64,000 nt of DNA, from NCBI GenBank assembly GCA_049599475.1, contig JBMYOQ010000003.1, positions 64,001 through 128,000 on the forward strand, read 5' to 3'. The notes beneath the pieces are model-generated. The model saw only the letters and a program-made list of their open reading frames with translations, made no database searches and was not told where the DNA came from. Made by a program: the position numbers and the translations under genes. This document shows positions 18,518-28,188 of the stretch, in pieces (the stretch's first letter is position 1; each line of letters opens with the position of its first letter). This stretch comes from Opitutales bacterium (lineage in GTDB: Bacteria > Verrucomicrobiota > Verrucomicrobiia > Opitutales > JABSRG01).

Positions 18518-19978
18518 TTAGTAAAGATCGCAACTCAGACGATACTTCACTGAGACCATCGTCAAATCATCATCGTAATGATCTGCTTCAGAAAAACGTG
18601 CGACTTGCTTCAGGAGCGTTTCATTGAGTTCCTTCATGGAGATCTCGGTATTTTCGCGGAGAATATCCGCTAAACGCGCAAAGGAGAACTCCTTCCCGTC
18701 TCGATTCGCGGTTTCCGTAATCCCGTCTGTGTAAAGAAAGAGCTTGTCCCCAGGGTTGAAGGGTACGGTGACGTCTTTCAGAGTCCGGCTAAAAATACGG
18801 TTATCGACCATGCCAAGCGCCATACCCGAAGATTCAATGCGTTCCACAGAGGCTTCCGCATTCAACTGGCTGCGGACCACCAGAGGCAATTCATGTCCAG
18901 CGCGCGCCACCGTCACCGAATTCTCAGCAACATCAATTATCGCGTATACAAAGGTGATGAACATCTCCTTGCGCATTCCTGCAGCCATCAACTCTTTGTT
19001 CATCGCCAATAAAACTTCGGAGGGCGATCCCAGGCTCAATGCGTAGTGCCGCAAGTGAGTCTGCGTGATGGCCATCATCAAGGACCCCGAGATCCCCTTT
19101 CCTGATACGTCCGCGACAGCCACGCCGATGCGATGATCATCGATCTGAAATACGTCGTATAAATCCCCTCCGACCTTCTGCGCTAGGATGTAGGTAGACG
19201 CGATATCGAGCTGTTTGAGGTCAGGATATTCGCTGGGCAGCAACAGTCGCTGAATATTCGCGGCAAGCTCGATATCGACATCGAGTCGATTCTTCTCAAG
19301 CAAGAGGTGGATATTCGCGGCGTTATGGAGCGCCATCCCCGCGTGTTCAGCGATATTTTCTACCAACGAGAAATCAACATCCGTGAACGGTTGGCGGTTG
19401 GCAGGATTCGCGACGCAGAGAACTCCGATCAGCTCATTGCGAAATAAAATGGGGGAAGCGATGATCGAGTGCACCTGTAAGGCCTCATCACTGTGCTGGA
19501 AAATCCGCCGATCCGAAAGAGCGTCGCGGATCAAAACACCTTTCTTAGTCTCCGCCGCCTTCCCTACAATACCTTCGCCGATTGGAAACGACTCTGAGCG
19601 CAAGATGCGTTCGAGGAATTTGGAACGCGTCCCCAAATTTGCCATCTCATCGGAGGGCAGCGGCTTGTGCGGGGGAAATAGACCCTCGATCGCGGCACAA
19701 CGCAGGAGTTTGCCATCAACATTTTCAAAAATCGCAGCGGTCATGGCTCCCGTACTTTTGACGGCAGCATGTGTGATGCGCTCAAACAGTTCCTCGCGGC
19801 GGGTTCCCTCCCCGAGAGCCTCCACCATGTTGTGCATGAACTCGATGACCATCTGCCGCTCCTGTTTGAGCAGGAACGTCTCATCCTGCGCTTCTCTTAA
19901 AGCTTTTTGAGAAGTGAGCCTACGACGGTAAAAAATAAACAGGAACGCGACTGCGACCGCTAGGAGTGTTTCCAGCAT
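18518..19978 (-). CDS. Membrane-anchored GAF + PP2C/SpoIIE serine phosphatase (RsbU-like)
   Basis: N-terminal TM; GAF (GEGIVGKAA..IIASPI); VGGDLYD, ADVSGKG, RAGH, YTDGITE and DDDLT. Confidence 0.9.
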   Translation of the reverse strand: MLETLLAVAVAFLFIFYRRRLTSQKALREAQDETFLLKQERQMVIEFMHNMVEALGEGTRREELFERITHAAVKSTGAMTAAIFENVDGKLLRCAAIEGLFPPHKPLPSDEMANLGTRSKFLERILRSESFPIGEGIVGKAAETKKGVLIRDALSDRRIFQHSDEALQVHSIIASPILFRNELIGVLCVANPANRQPFTDVDFSLVENIAEHAGMALHNAANIHLLLEKNRLDVDIELAANIQRLLLPSEYPDLKQLDIASTYILAQKVGGDLYDVFQIDDHRIGVAVADVSGKGISGSLMMAITQTHLRHYALSLGSPSEVLLAMNKELMAAGMRKEMFITFVYAIIDVAENSVTVARAGHELPLVVRSQLNAEASVERIESSGMALGMVDNRIFSRTLKDVTVPFNPGDKLFLYTDGITETANRDGKEFSFARLADILRENTEISMKELNETLLKQVARFSEADHYDDDLTMVSVKYRLSCDLY

Positions 19979-19990
19979 TGAGATATGTGC

Positions 19991-20512
19991 CTATGCACGA
20001 TCCGATGGCTCATCAACCTGATTCTTCAAAAATGCGATGACGTCCTGGAACTTACTCACGTTGCCCTCATCCACGTCACAGAGAGCTTCATGTGCCCTTA
20101 AAATCGTATCCTTGCTACAATTTCGGCCTGTTTCAATGGGTTCGCCTGCTCGTCGGCACTGCAACTCGTCGTAAACCAGCTCCCCGCTTACATCGATTGA
20201 AAGAATATTATCGAGCCCCAGATTGCGGACCAGCTCCAAATGGCGATCTCCGAGCCTCGTTAGCACGATACAATGCCCTTCACCCTTATCTTCCACTTCG
20301 ATAGCCGCACTGGCCAAGATGCCCAGAAAAGTACTATCTACCGTCGTGCAGGAGGAAAAATCGATGACGAAGGTGCTGCGTCCCTTGTCGACCATGTCTG
20401 TGAAGAAATTGGCCAGAGGCTGGGAGTTCATGTAGTCTGCGCGCCCTTTGATTTGCACGATCACAGGGTCTCGATATGCACTGACCAAAAATGTTGTAGC
20501 AGATTCCGCCAT
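19991..20512 (-). CDS. STAS-domain anti-sigma factor antagonist (RsbV-like)
   Basis: IKGRADY, VIDFSSCTTVDSTFLG (phospho-Ser motif) and NLGLDNIL. Confidence 0.88.
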   Translation of the reverse strand: MAESATTFLVSAYRDPVIVQIKGRADYMNSQPLANFFTDMVDKGRSTFVIDFSSCTTVDSTFLGILASAAIEVEDKGEGHCIVLTRLGDRHLELVRNLGLDNILSIDVSGELVYDELQCRRAGEPIETGRNCSKDTILRAHEALCDVDEGNVSKFQDVIAFLKNQVDEPSDRA

Positions 20513-20536
20513 AGACGGTTCACAGATAGGTGTATG

Positions 20537-20574
20537 AAAAAGCCGGATACTGAAGATTGTCTGAGCTATCCGGC
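20537..20574 (-). terminator. Terminator-like hairpin between the peroxiredoxin and STAS genes
   Basis: GCCGGATA (20542-20549) / TATCCGGC (20567-20574), followed by TTTTT on the minus strand. Confidence 0.5.
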
Positions 20575-20727
20575 GTTAGACCCATAAGTCGTAAGGTATT
20601 TAGAATTCTTTACCGATATTGAGCCGCTTGGTTTACAGCACCGATATTTAATAAATTTGATGCGGTTGAAGAGAATTTCCGAACACCTAAGTTCACAGGA
20701 ATAAATCGAGGGTTCTGCTCCCGAGTA

Positions 20728-21201
20728 CTAGCCCTGTATAGCGGCCTTGATTGCTTCAAAATCAGGCATTTCACGAGGATCATCTGATACCGCAGCGTAT
20801 TTTACAACTCCCTCATTATCAACAACAAAGGCAGAGCGTTTAGCTACACCTTTCAAGCCTTTAAGCTCTTCAAAGAGACAGCCATAGGCCGTAGCGACTT
20901 CCTTATTAAAATCACTCAATAAGGGAAAGTTCAGAGATTCTTTCTCAGCCATCACTTCTAGGGTGAATGGGCTGTCTACACTGATACCGTAAACTTGGGC
21001 GTTTAGGGCGCTGTAGCTGTTCAGAGAGTCACGGACAGTGCATACTTCTTCCATACAGACGCTGGTGAACGCCAAGGGGAAAAATAAGAGCACGACGGAT
21101 TGCTTTCCGTAAGAATCCGAAAGCGTCACCTCCTTGATTCCGGAGGCGTCTTTAGTGGGTAGCGTAAAATCGGGAGCTTTATCACCTATTTGGATGGGCA
21201 T
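20728..21201 (-). CDS. Peroxiredoxin (AhpC/TSA family, AhpE/BCP-like)
   Basis: GDKAPDFTLP, FFPLAFTSVC..E.C, GISVDSPF, LLSDFN and RSAFVVD. Confidence 0.93.
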   Translation of the reverse strand: MPIQIGDKAPDFTLPTKDASGIKEVTLSDSYGKQSVVLLFFPLAFTSVCMEEVCTVRDSLNSYSALNAQVYGISVDSPFTLEVMAEKESLNFPLLSDFNKEVATAYGCLFEELKGLKGVAKRSAFVVDNEGVVKYAAVSDDPREMPDFEAIKAAIQG

Positions 21202-21315
21202 GGCAGGATGGGATGGGAGTCAGGGTTCTGGATGATTAACGCTGTAATCTCCGGCTTTTTCAGGAAAAGGCAAATCAAGCTTCAGCGAATTTTTCGTAAA
21301 GATCAAATTTCCGCG

Positions 21316-21852
21316 CTAAAAGGCGTTTTTCCACATCATTGACTCCACCGGGCGCGGGGAGCGCTCGTTGTATTTCGCAGACGATTTTGTGTTGTAAGGC
21401 ACCAGAACCTCTCCTTGAGCACAGAAATAGATAAGCTGTGCAATCGGCATCCCAGGATAAACCCGAACGGGCTGGTGCACGGAAATCTCCAGTGTCCAGT
21501 AATTACAAAAGCCAATATCGCCCTTCCCTGCCGTGGCGTGAATATCAATGCCCAAGCGGCCTACACTAGATTTACCCTCGAGAAACGGGACATGGCGGTG
21601 CGTTTCAGTGTATTCTTGAGTGACTCCAAGATAGGTGCGACCTGGATGTAGGACGTATCCCTCATCGCTCATCTCGAAGTGCTCTACCTCATTGTGCTTC
21701 TTAGCATCCAAGACGGCCGCAGTATAGACCGCTAGATTCGCCCCTAGATGGACGTCGTAGCTATTGGATCCAAGATTGGAGCGGTCGAACGGAGAAATCA
21801 CAATTTCTCCCTGTTCCATAGCCTCCAAAATCGCAGAGTCGCTTAATATCAT
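21316..21852 (-). CDS. dcd: dCTP deaminase
   Basis: MILSD, SYDVHLG, EGKSSVGRLG, TAGKGDIGF, TLEI and YPGMPIAQL. Confidence 0.95.
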   Translation of the reverse strand: MILSDSAILEAMEQGEIVISPFDRSNLGSNSYDVHLGANLAVYTAAVLDAKKHNEVEHFEMSDEGYVLHPGRTYLGVTQEYTETHRHVPFLEGKSSVGRLGIDIHATAGKGDIGFCNYWTLEISVHQPVRVYPGMPIAQLIYFCAQGEVLVPYNTKSSAKYNERSPRPVESMMWKNAF

Positions 21853-21930
21853 AGATATGGCGTATCACTCAGGAGCCAAGAGACAAGCACAAGTCGGCCA
21901 ATACAGCGCTATGGGTCAAAACTTATAGAC

Positions 21931-23271
21931 TCAAGAACGCGTTCTAATATGCGCCATCACCGCTTTTTCAATGCGCCCTCCAGAATAGGACGCCTCTAAG
22001 TGCCGATTGATAGGCTCAGAAAATTCGAGGTCCCAATGTTTAAACAGATTCGCGAGCACTAGCGGAGTCTGCATTAAAGTATGATTTCTCCCGAGACAAA
22101 CATGAGACCCACCCCCAAAGAAGCCGAAGGTTTTGGGGACAAACCGTTGCTTTTCGATAAACCGTTCGGGATTGAAGGTGAGCGGGTCTGGATAAAACTC
22201 TTCCAGGAAGTGCCCCAGATTGTTCAGATGGAGAACGTCGGTGTTTGCAGGCACCTGGTAACCGCCAAATTCAAAGGGCTTAATCGCATACTTGAAAAGT
22301 TGTAACGCACCTGGGCGAATTCTCTGCGTCTCCATAATCACCGCTTTCAGGCGGCTCATACTCTGGAGTTCCATTACATTCTCGCCGTCCCAAGCGTCCA
22401 ATTCTTCGCGCAGCCAATCAATCCAACGCGGCGTGCTATACAGCTCCATAATCGCAAAGTTGATCAGGGCCGCAGTGTTATCCGTCCCAGCGAGTAGGAC
22501 AAAATAGAGATCGTTGATCAAATGGTCGCGCGATACGGAGTCTCCTTCTGCGTCCAACCTGAGCTTAAGGATCTCTGAGTAGTTATCATCGATATCCGTC
22601 GGCGCCTCGAGCCGCTCGTCGACAATCTTTCCGAGCCATTCGAAGGTCTCCTTGCGCAATCTCCGATATTCTTCGCGCTCATAATAAGAGGCCTTGGAAT
22701 CGTCTAAGAAGAGACCTCTCAACATTTGGACCTCCCACCGAGTCATCCTCTGCGTAACATCCTTCGGAATTTCAGCCTGGGCAACCGTTCTGGAGTTTCC
22801 CCAGGTGATCAATTCGGCCCAGAATGGGATAATATCCACCGGCTGCTCGGAGCGACACACCTCATCGATTCCATTCCGAAAAACTTGGTGAAATGCGGGC
22901 ATATGCTTCATCGCCGAAGACATCGTAAATGCCGGCTTCAGGTAAGCGCGCTTTTCCTTGTGGGGATCGCCATCCAGTCCAGTTACGTGATTGGGCCCCA
23001 TTTCCTCGAGAAACGGCGCGTTGGGCTCCGCATAGTTCCAGAGTTCGGGCTTCTGCCAAATGAAATTGTTGGCATCAGGTCCCGCGAGCACGACCCACAT
23101 ACGATTCCTAAAATACGTACGGAAAATCGGGCCACACTGACGATAGCCCTCCAACTGGAAATTCAGGGGATCCTCCCGATAAGCCTGATTACAGGACTCC
23201 TCGGACCCTCCGGGAAGGTACAGAGGCAATTCTTCTACCATTTCCGAAGGGGGTGCTGTGACTTCACTCAT
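21931..23271 (-). CDS. Cytochrome P450
   Basis: Heme motif FGGGSHVCLG, ExxR (ETQR), FNPERF and I-helix AGTDNT. Confidence 0.93.
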   Translation of the reverse strand: MSEVTAPPSEMVEELPLYLPGGSEESCNQAYREDPLNFQLEGYRQCGPIFRTYFRNRMWVVLAGPDANNFIWQKPELWNYAEPNAPFLEEMGPNHVTGLDGDPHKEKRAYLKPAFTMSSAMKHMPAFHQVFRNGIDEVCRSEQPVDIIPFWAELITWGNSRTVAQAEIPKDVTQRMTRWEVQMLRGLFLDDSKASYYEREEYRRLRKETFEWLGKIVDERLEAPTDIDDNYSEILKLRLDAEGDSVSRDHLINDLYFVLLAGTDNTAALINFAIMELYSTPRWIDWLREELDAWDGENVMELQSMSRLKAVIMETQRIRPGALQLFKYAIKPFEFGGYQVPANTDVLHLNNLGHFLEEFYPDPLTFNPERFIEKQRFVPKTFGFFGGGSHVCLGRNHTLMQTPLVLANLFKHWDLEFSEPINRHLEASYSGGRIEKAVMAHIRTRS

Positions 23272-23311
23272 GCACTCGAAGCAGCAGGAGAGATGCCGTA
23301 GCCTCCAAGAA

Positions 23312-24691
23312 CTATCCTCGGCCTATGCGGTATGTCTCGAAACCAATCTTGCGCAATCTGTCGTGATCAAGGAGTCCCCGACCATCGAATACGAATGCCG
23401 GCTTCTGCATACTACGATAAATTTTCACGAAATCGAGATCCTTGAACTCATCCCATTCGGTCAAAACGAGCATGGCGTGTGCACCGTCGAGAGCAGAGTA
23501 AGCATCTTCTGCACACGTGATCTGTGCATTCGAAGATCCACCCTCCTCGTCAGGCTTCTGCCCAACATCCTTGAAAATGCCCTCTGCCTCGACCTTAGGA
23601 TCGTAGATCGCCAGGTGCGCTCGCTCTTCCAATAGGTCCTTACAGATATAGATTGCCGCAGATTCACGGGTATCGTTGGTGTCTTTCTTAAAGGCAAAAC
23701 CGAGCACCGCGATTTTCTTATGCGACACAGTATTAAAGAGCGTCGAAATAATTTTACGGGTGAATCGATGTTTCTGGTAATCGTTCATTGAGACGACTTG
23801 TTCCCAATACGCCGCGACTTCAGGAAGCCCAAAGTGTTCGCAGAGGTATACCAGATTCAAAATATCCTTCTGGAAGCAGCTACCGCCAAAACCAACAGAC
23901 GAGCGTAAGAATTTCGGCCCGATACGTGAGTCTGTTCCAATCGCCTTCGCGACTTCATTCACGTCTGCTTCAGTAGCTTCACAGAGCGCAGAAATGGCAT
24001 TGATTGAAGAAATACGCTGCGCCAAGAATGCATTTGCAGTGAGCTTCGAGAGCTCGGAAGACCAGACGTTTGTCGTCAAAATATTTTCCCGTGGCACCCA
24101 GTGTGCATACACGTCAACCAGCTTCTGGAGTGCTTCTTGACCTGTGGGGGTCTCATCACCACCGATCAATACACGGTCTGGCGCATGCAAGTCTTCAATA
24201 GCAGTGCCCTCCGCCAGGAATTCAGGATTTGAAAGCACCTCAAAATGAATACCTTTCTCATTTACCTCGAGAATGCGTTTGATCGATTCGGCAGTCCGAA
24301 CGGGAAGGGTAGACTTTTCGACTACGATCTTTGGGCCTTGAGCATCTTTCGCAATTTGTCGTGAAACAGCTTCGACAAAGCGCAGGTCCGCGGCCCGGCC
24401 CGCACCTACCCCAAAATTCTTGGTGGGCGTATTGACACTAATAAAGATAATATCCGCATCCTGAATTCCTTTGGTAACATCAGTAGAGAAAAACAGGTTC
24501 TTACCCCGGCGGCTTTCGACGACCTCTTGAAGTCCTGGCTCGTAAACCGGGAGCTCATCAGACATCCAGGCGTCAATTCGCGCCTGATTGATGTCAACAA
24601 CCGTGACTGTGACGTCGTCACATTTTTCTGCGATTACGGCCATTGTGGGTCCTCCCACGTAGCCTGCCCCGATACAGCAAATTTTAGTCAT
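23312..24691 (-). CDS. ugd: UDP-glucose 6-dehydrogenase
   Basis: [38 protein letters not shown] (catalytic Cys) and [12 protein letters not shown]. Confidence 0.96.
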   Translation of the reverse strand: MTKICCIGAGYVGGPTMAVIAEKCDDVTVTVVDINQARIDAWMSDELPVYEPGLQEVVESRRGKNLFFSTDVTKGIQDADIIFISVNTPTKNFGVGAGRAADLRFVEAVSRQIAKDAQGPKIVVEKSTLPVRTAESIKRILEVNEKGIHFEVLSNPEFLAEGTAIEDLHAPDRVLIGGDETPTGQEALQKLVDVYAHWVPRENILTTNVWSSELSKLTANAFLAQRISSINAISALCEATEADVNEVAKAIGTDSRIGPKFLRSSVGFGGSCFQKDILNLVYLCEHFGLPEVAAYWEQVVSMNDYQKHRFTRKIISTLFNTVSHKKIAVLGFAFKKDTNDTRESAAIYICKDLLEERAHLAIYDPKVEAEGIFKDVGQKPDEEGGSSNAQITCAEDAYSALDGAHAMLVLTEWDEFKDLDFVKIYRSMQKPAFVFDGRGLLDHDRLRKIGFETYRIGRG

Positions 24692-24746
24692 TAGAACGCA
24701 AGCAAGCCTCGGTGCGAAAGCATGTCAATAGTCTAGGCGACCAGAC

Positions 24747-24774
24747 AAAAAAAAGCCGACTCCTCAGAGTCGGC
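24747..24774 (-). terminator. Intrinsic terminator of ndk
   Basis: GCCGACTC-ctca-GAGTCGGC stem with an 8-nt T-run on the minus strand. Confidence 0.85.
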
Positions 24775-24793
24775 CGAAAATCAAGCGTAACGA

Positions 24794-25192
24794 TTAAGCA
24801 AAAAATCGCTTTATTTCCGCAGCGGCGGACTCCGCCGAATCCGAGGCATGTACGATATTTTTCATCATCGTAGTGCCAAGATCACCACGAATAGTGCCTG
24901 GCGCAGCCTTCGTTGAGTCCGTTGGACCCAGCAAATCGCGGACCTTAGAGATTACGCTGTCACCGGAAAGAATCATTCCGATCACAGGTCGAGAGCTCAT
25001 GAATTCCTCAATCTCTGGGAAAAATGGCTTATCCGCAACGTGAGCGTAGTGCTCGCGGAGAATTTCGGAAGATAGCTGCATCATGCGGCAATCTTCGATC
25101 TCGAATCCTGCCTTTTCAAAGCGGCTGATCACGTCTCCAGCGCATTTTTGCTCCAGACAGTCGGGTTTCAGTAGAACTAGGGTTTTTTCCAT
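24794..25192 (-). CDS. ndk: Nucleoside diphosphate kinase
   Basis: TLVLLKPD, EHYAH..DKPFF, GPTD..A.PGTIRGD and NIVHASDS. Confidence 0.97.
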   Translation of the reverse strand: MEKTLVLLKPDCLEQKCAGDVISRFEKAGFEIEDCRMMQLSSEILREHYAHVADKPFFPEIEEFMSSRPVIGMILSGDSVISKVRDLLGPTDSTKAAPGTIRGDLGTTMMKNIVHASDSAESAAAEIKRFFA

Positions 25193-25266
25193 ATCTACGT
25201 TCTCTCATGAAAAATGAGATATTGTAGGGCAAGCTCAAACAGCTCAAACACTCTCTCAAAGTACAT

Positions 25267-25302
25267 AAAAAACGCCTGATCAGCGAACTGAACAGACGTT
25301 TT
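25267..25302 (-). terminator. Probable intrinsic terminator of the HU gene
   Basis: AAAACGCCTGATCAG-CGAA-CTGAACAGACGTTTT imperfect stem with A/T runs on both sides. Confidence 0.65.
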
Positions 25303-25323
25303 TCAAAAGTATCTAAGGGTAAA

Positions 25324-25599
25324 TTAGACGAGAGACTTGAGACCTGAGCCAGCCTTGAACTTCACAGCCTTGGAAGCCTTGATCTTGATCTTCTCTCCAG
25401 TTTGGGGATTTACGCCGGTGCGAGCAGCGCGCTTTACAACCTCGAAAGTACCGAATCCAATCAATTGGACGCTCTTGTCTTTCTTTACGCCCTTCTTGAT
25501 AGAGTCCAAAACAGCTTCAACTGCACGCTCAGCAGCAGCTTTAGAAGTTTCATCACCCAGGTTTTTTTGCACTTCAGCAACGAGTTCAGCTTTATTCAT
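25324..25599 (-). CDS. hup: DNA-binding protein HU
   Basis: MNKAELV..VQLIGFGTF..RAARTGVNPQTGEKIKIKAS..KFKAG. True start is ATG 25599 (91 aa). Confidence 0.96.
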   Translation of the reverse strand: MNKAELVAEVQKNLGDETSKAAAERAVEAVLDSIKKGVKKDKSVQLIGFGTFEVVKRAARTGVNPQTGEKIKIKASKAVKFKAGSGLKSLV

Positions 25600-25946
25600 A
25601 TAATTGTAGTAATATATTGTTAGTGAGAATTGATATAAATCGCCGCTATTCAGAGAATGCACAGCGATTGCGGTCAACTTAATTTGGTAAGTTTTCCTGT
25701 TTTACGAGCTTTTTTACACGATTTATTTCGCTCTATAATTACGATCATAGCCGTTGACAGGAGCCGAAACCTCATTAATAGCGGACTCCAAGAGAGGCAC
25801 ACTCCTCAATCCTGCCTCATAAAAGGGATCAAACAAAACGGCTATTCGCCATTTTCGGTAGAAAAATCTCCCGTGGGAAAGAAATTACATTTCTAATACA
25901 TTTCCGTGCTTGTCGCGAATTGATCTGAGCCTAGCGTCTGTTCGCC

Positions 25947-27008
25947 ATGGAACGCGTATCCGACATCAACGTCATCTCTTCGCAGCAATTAACGGCTCCC
26001 GACGATCTTCGAGCGGGTGATCCCACGACTGAGCAAGAGGCGTCATTCATAGCCAAGTCTAGAAAGACTATACACGATATCACCTTTGGCGATGATCCAC
26101 GCCTACTCGTGGTCGTAGGCCCCTGCTCTATTCACGATCAGGAAGCAGGCCTCGACTACGCACGCCGTTTGAAGGCGCTCGCAGACGAGCTCAAGGACGA
26201 TGTATATATAGTAATGCGCGTCTATTTCGAAAAACCGCGCACCACTGTAGGATGGAAGGGCTTGATTATGGACCCTCAACTCGATGGGACTTGCGACCTC
26301 GAACAAGGATTACGGACCGCGCGATCTTTCCTCAAAAAGGTTATCAGCGTCGGACTCCCGACAGCGACCGAGCTCCTCGATCCAATTACCCCGCAATACA
26401 TTGCCGATTTAATTAGCTGGTCAGCCATTGGTGCCCGAACAACAGAATCTCAGACTCACCGACAGATGGCATCAGGTCTATCCATGCCCGTGGGCTTCAA
26501 GAACGGGACGGATGGCAATGTCACGGTCGCCATAAATGCCATTAAGGCGGCGATTCAATCTCAAACATTTCTCGGGATCAGCACAAACGGTCGCGCTTCA
26601 GCCGTAACCACTGCGGGCAATCCAGATTGTCATCTAATTTTACGTGGAGGCTCCAAGGGCCCCAATTACAGCAGTGAGCATGTGAAGGCTGCTGCCGAGA
26701 GTATCGAGAAGGCAGGATTAAAAACCTCCATCATGGTAGATTGCGCACATGCTAATTCTGCTAAGGATCCCGCCCGTCAACCGATTGTGATGGATGATGT
26801 CTGCGCACAGATCCAAGCCGGCGAGGATTACATTACAGGTGTCATGATTGAGAGCAATATTCACGCAGGAAATCAGAGCTTCCCGCAACCGAAGGAAGAC
26901 TTGAAATATGGAGTCTCTATTACAGATCCATGTATCGACTGGGAAACAACAGAATCCGTTCTGCGCGAAACAGCTAAAGTACTCTCCGAAGCACGGGAGA
27001 CAGCCTAA
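25947..27008 (+). CDS. 3-deoxy-7-phosphoheptulonate (DAHP) synthase, class I-alpha (AroF/G/H type)
   Basis: GPCSIHD, MRVYFEKPRTTVGWKG, IGARTTESQTHR, GFKNGTDG and YGVSITDPC. Confidence 0.96.
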   Translation: MERVSDINVISSQQLTAPDDLRAGDPTTEQEASFIAKSRKTIHDITFGDDPRLLVVVGPCSIHDQEAGLDYARRLKALADELKDDVYIVMRVYFEKPRTTVGWKGLIMDPQLDGTCDLEQGLRTARSFLKKVISVGLPTATELLDPITPQYIADLISWSAIGARTTESQTHRQMASGLSMPVGFKNGTDGNVTVAINAIKAAIQSQTFLGISTNGRASAVTTAGNPDCHLILRGGSKGPNYSSEHVKAAAESIEKAGLKTSIMVDCAHANSAKDPARQPIVMDDVCAQIQAGEDYITGVMIESNIHAGNQSFPQPKEDLKYGVSITDPCIDWETTESVLRETAKVLSEARETA

Positions 27009-27094
27009 GCTAGAGTCGGTTATTAAAAATTAGCGACTCCAGCTAATTTATTGATCGACTAGAATAAGCACAGCTTCTAGACAGTAAGTCTGCT

Positions 27095-28081
27095 ATGAAA
27101 GAACCAATCCGTATCGCTATTACAGGAGCTGCCGGTCAGATCGGCTACGCACTCTTGTTCCGCATCGCCTCAGGGTCTGTTTTCGGCTCTGACCAACCTG
27201 TTGCCTTGAATCTCATAGAGATCCCACCAGCCCTCGATGCTCTCAAAGGCGTCGTCATGGAGCTGGATGATTGCGCATTCCCTCTTTTGACAGACATTGT
27301 CGCCACAACAGACCTGAACGAAGGCTTTAAAGATGCTGACTGGGCTCTTCTCGTCGGAAGCGTGCCACGCAAAGCTGGCATGGAGCGCGCCGACCTACTC
27401 GGCATAAACGGAAAAATCTTCGTAGGCCAAGGAGAAGCGATCGCAGCGAATGCCAAGCCGAGCGTTCGGACTCTTGTTGTCGGCAACCCGTGCAACACAA
27501 ATGCCTACATAGCGATGAAAAATGCGGCGGGAATCCCCGACAGTCAGTTCTTCGCGATGACACGCCTCGACGAGAACCGCGCGAAAGCACAACTTGCTCA
27601 AAAAGCCGGAGTCCCGGTCTCTGCGGTGAAAAATCTCACAATCTGGGGCAATCACTCTGCAACTCAATACCCGGATTTCTACAACGCCACAATCGAAGGA
27701 AAAGCAGCGGATGCTGTCATCGACGACGAGACCTGGCTCAAAGAGACTTTCATTCCGGTTGTTCAACAGAGAGGTGCCGCCATCATTAAAGCCCGTGGTG
27801 CATCCTCTGCGGCCTCAGCAGCCAATGCGGCTCTCGATACTGTGATGTCTTTGATAAATCCTACACCTGAAGGCGAATGGACTAGTGTTGCCGTCGTCTC
27901 CGATGGAAGCTACGGCACAGTCCCTGGTCTCATGACATCGCTCCCGATTCGCACGACAGATGGCACATCTTGGGAAGTCGTCCAAGGACTCGAAATCAAC
28001 GACTTTAGTCGCGAGAAGATCGACGCATCCGTGAGCGAATTGAAAGAAGAGGCAGACACCGTTGCAAATTTAGCAAACTAA
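27095..28081 (+). CDS. mdh: Malate dehydrogenase
   Basis: [47 protein letters not shown] and [12 protein letters not shown]. Confidence 0.97.
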   Translation: MKEPIRIAITGAAGQIGYALLFRIASGSVFGSDQPVALNLIEIPPALDALKGVVMELDDCAFPLLTDIVATTDLNEGFKDADWALLVGSVPRKAGMERADLLGINGKIFVGQGEAIAANAKPSVRTLVVGNPCNTNAYIAMKNAAGIPDSQFFAMTRLDENRAKAQLAQKAGVPVSAVKNLTIWGNHSATQYPDFYNATIEGKAADAVIDDETWLKETFIPVVQQRGAAIIKARGASSAASAANAALDTVMSLINPTPEGEWTSVAVVSDGSYGTVPGLMTSLPIRTTDGTSWEVVQGLEINDFSREKIDASVSELKEEADTVANLAN

Positions 28082-28109
28082 CACCCTCTAAAACGCCCAA
28101 TTTTCAGAC

Positions 28110-28136
28110 AAGGCCACCCTTAGGTGGTCTTTTTTT
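28110..28136 (+). terminator. Intrinsic terminator of mdh
   Basis: AGGCCACC-ctta-GGTGGTCT followed by a T-run. Confidence 0.85.
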
Positions 28137-28188
28137 ACGTACAGACAAAATTCTATCTAGATTGTTGGAATCCAGATTTCATTAAGGA

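Noticed and set aside
23312..24691. Eukaryote-like UDP-glucose dehydrogenase as a recent horizontal transfer
   Set aside because: This subtype is known from several bacterial groups, and there is no compositional or mobile-element evidence here.
25600..25946. tRNA or ORF (25657-25896) in the HU-DAHP synthase gap, and the N-terminal extension of HU to 25677
   Set aside because: No cloverleaf or T-loop signature. The AT-rich divergent promoter region explains it, and HU homology starts at ATG 25599.
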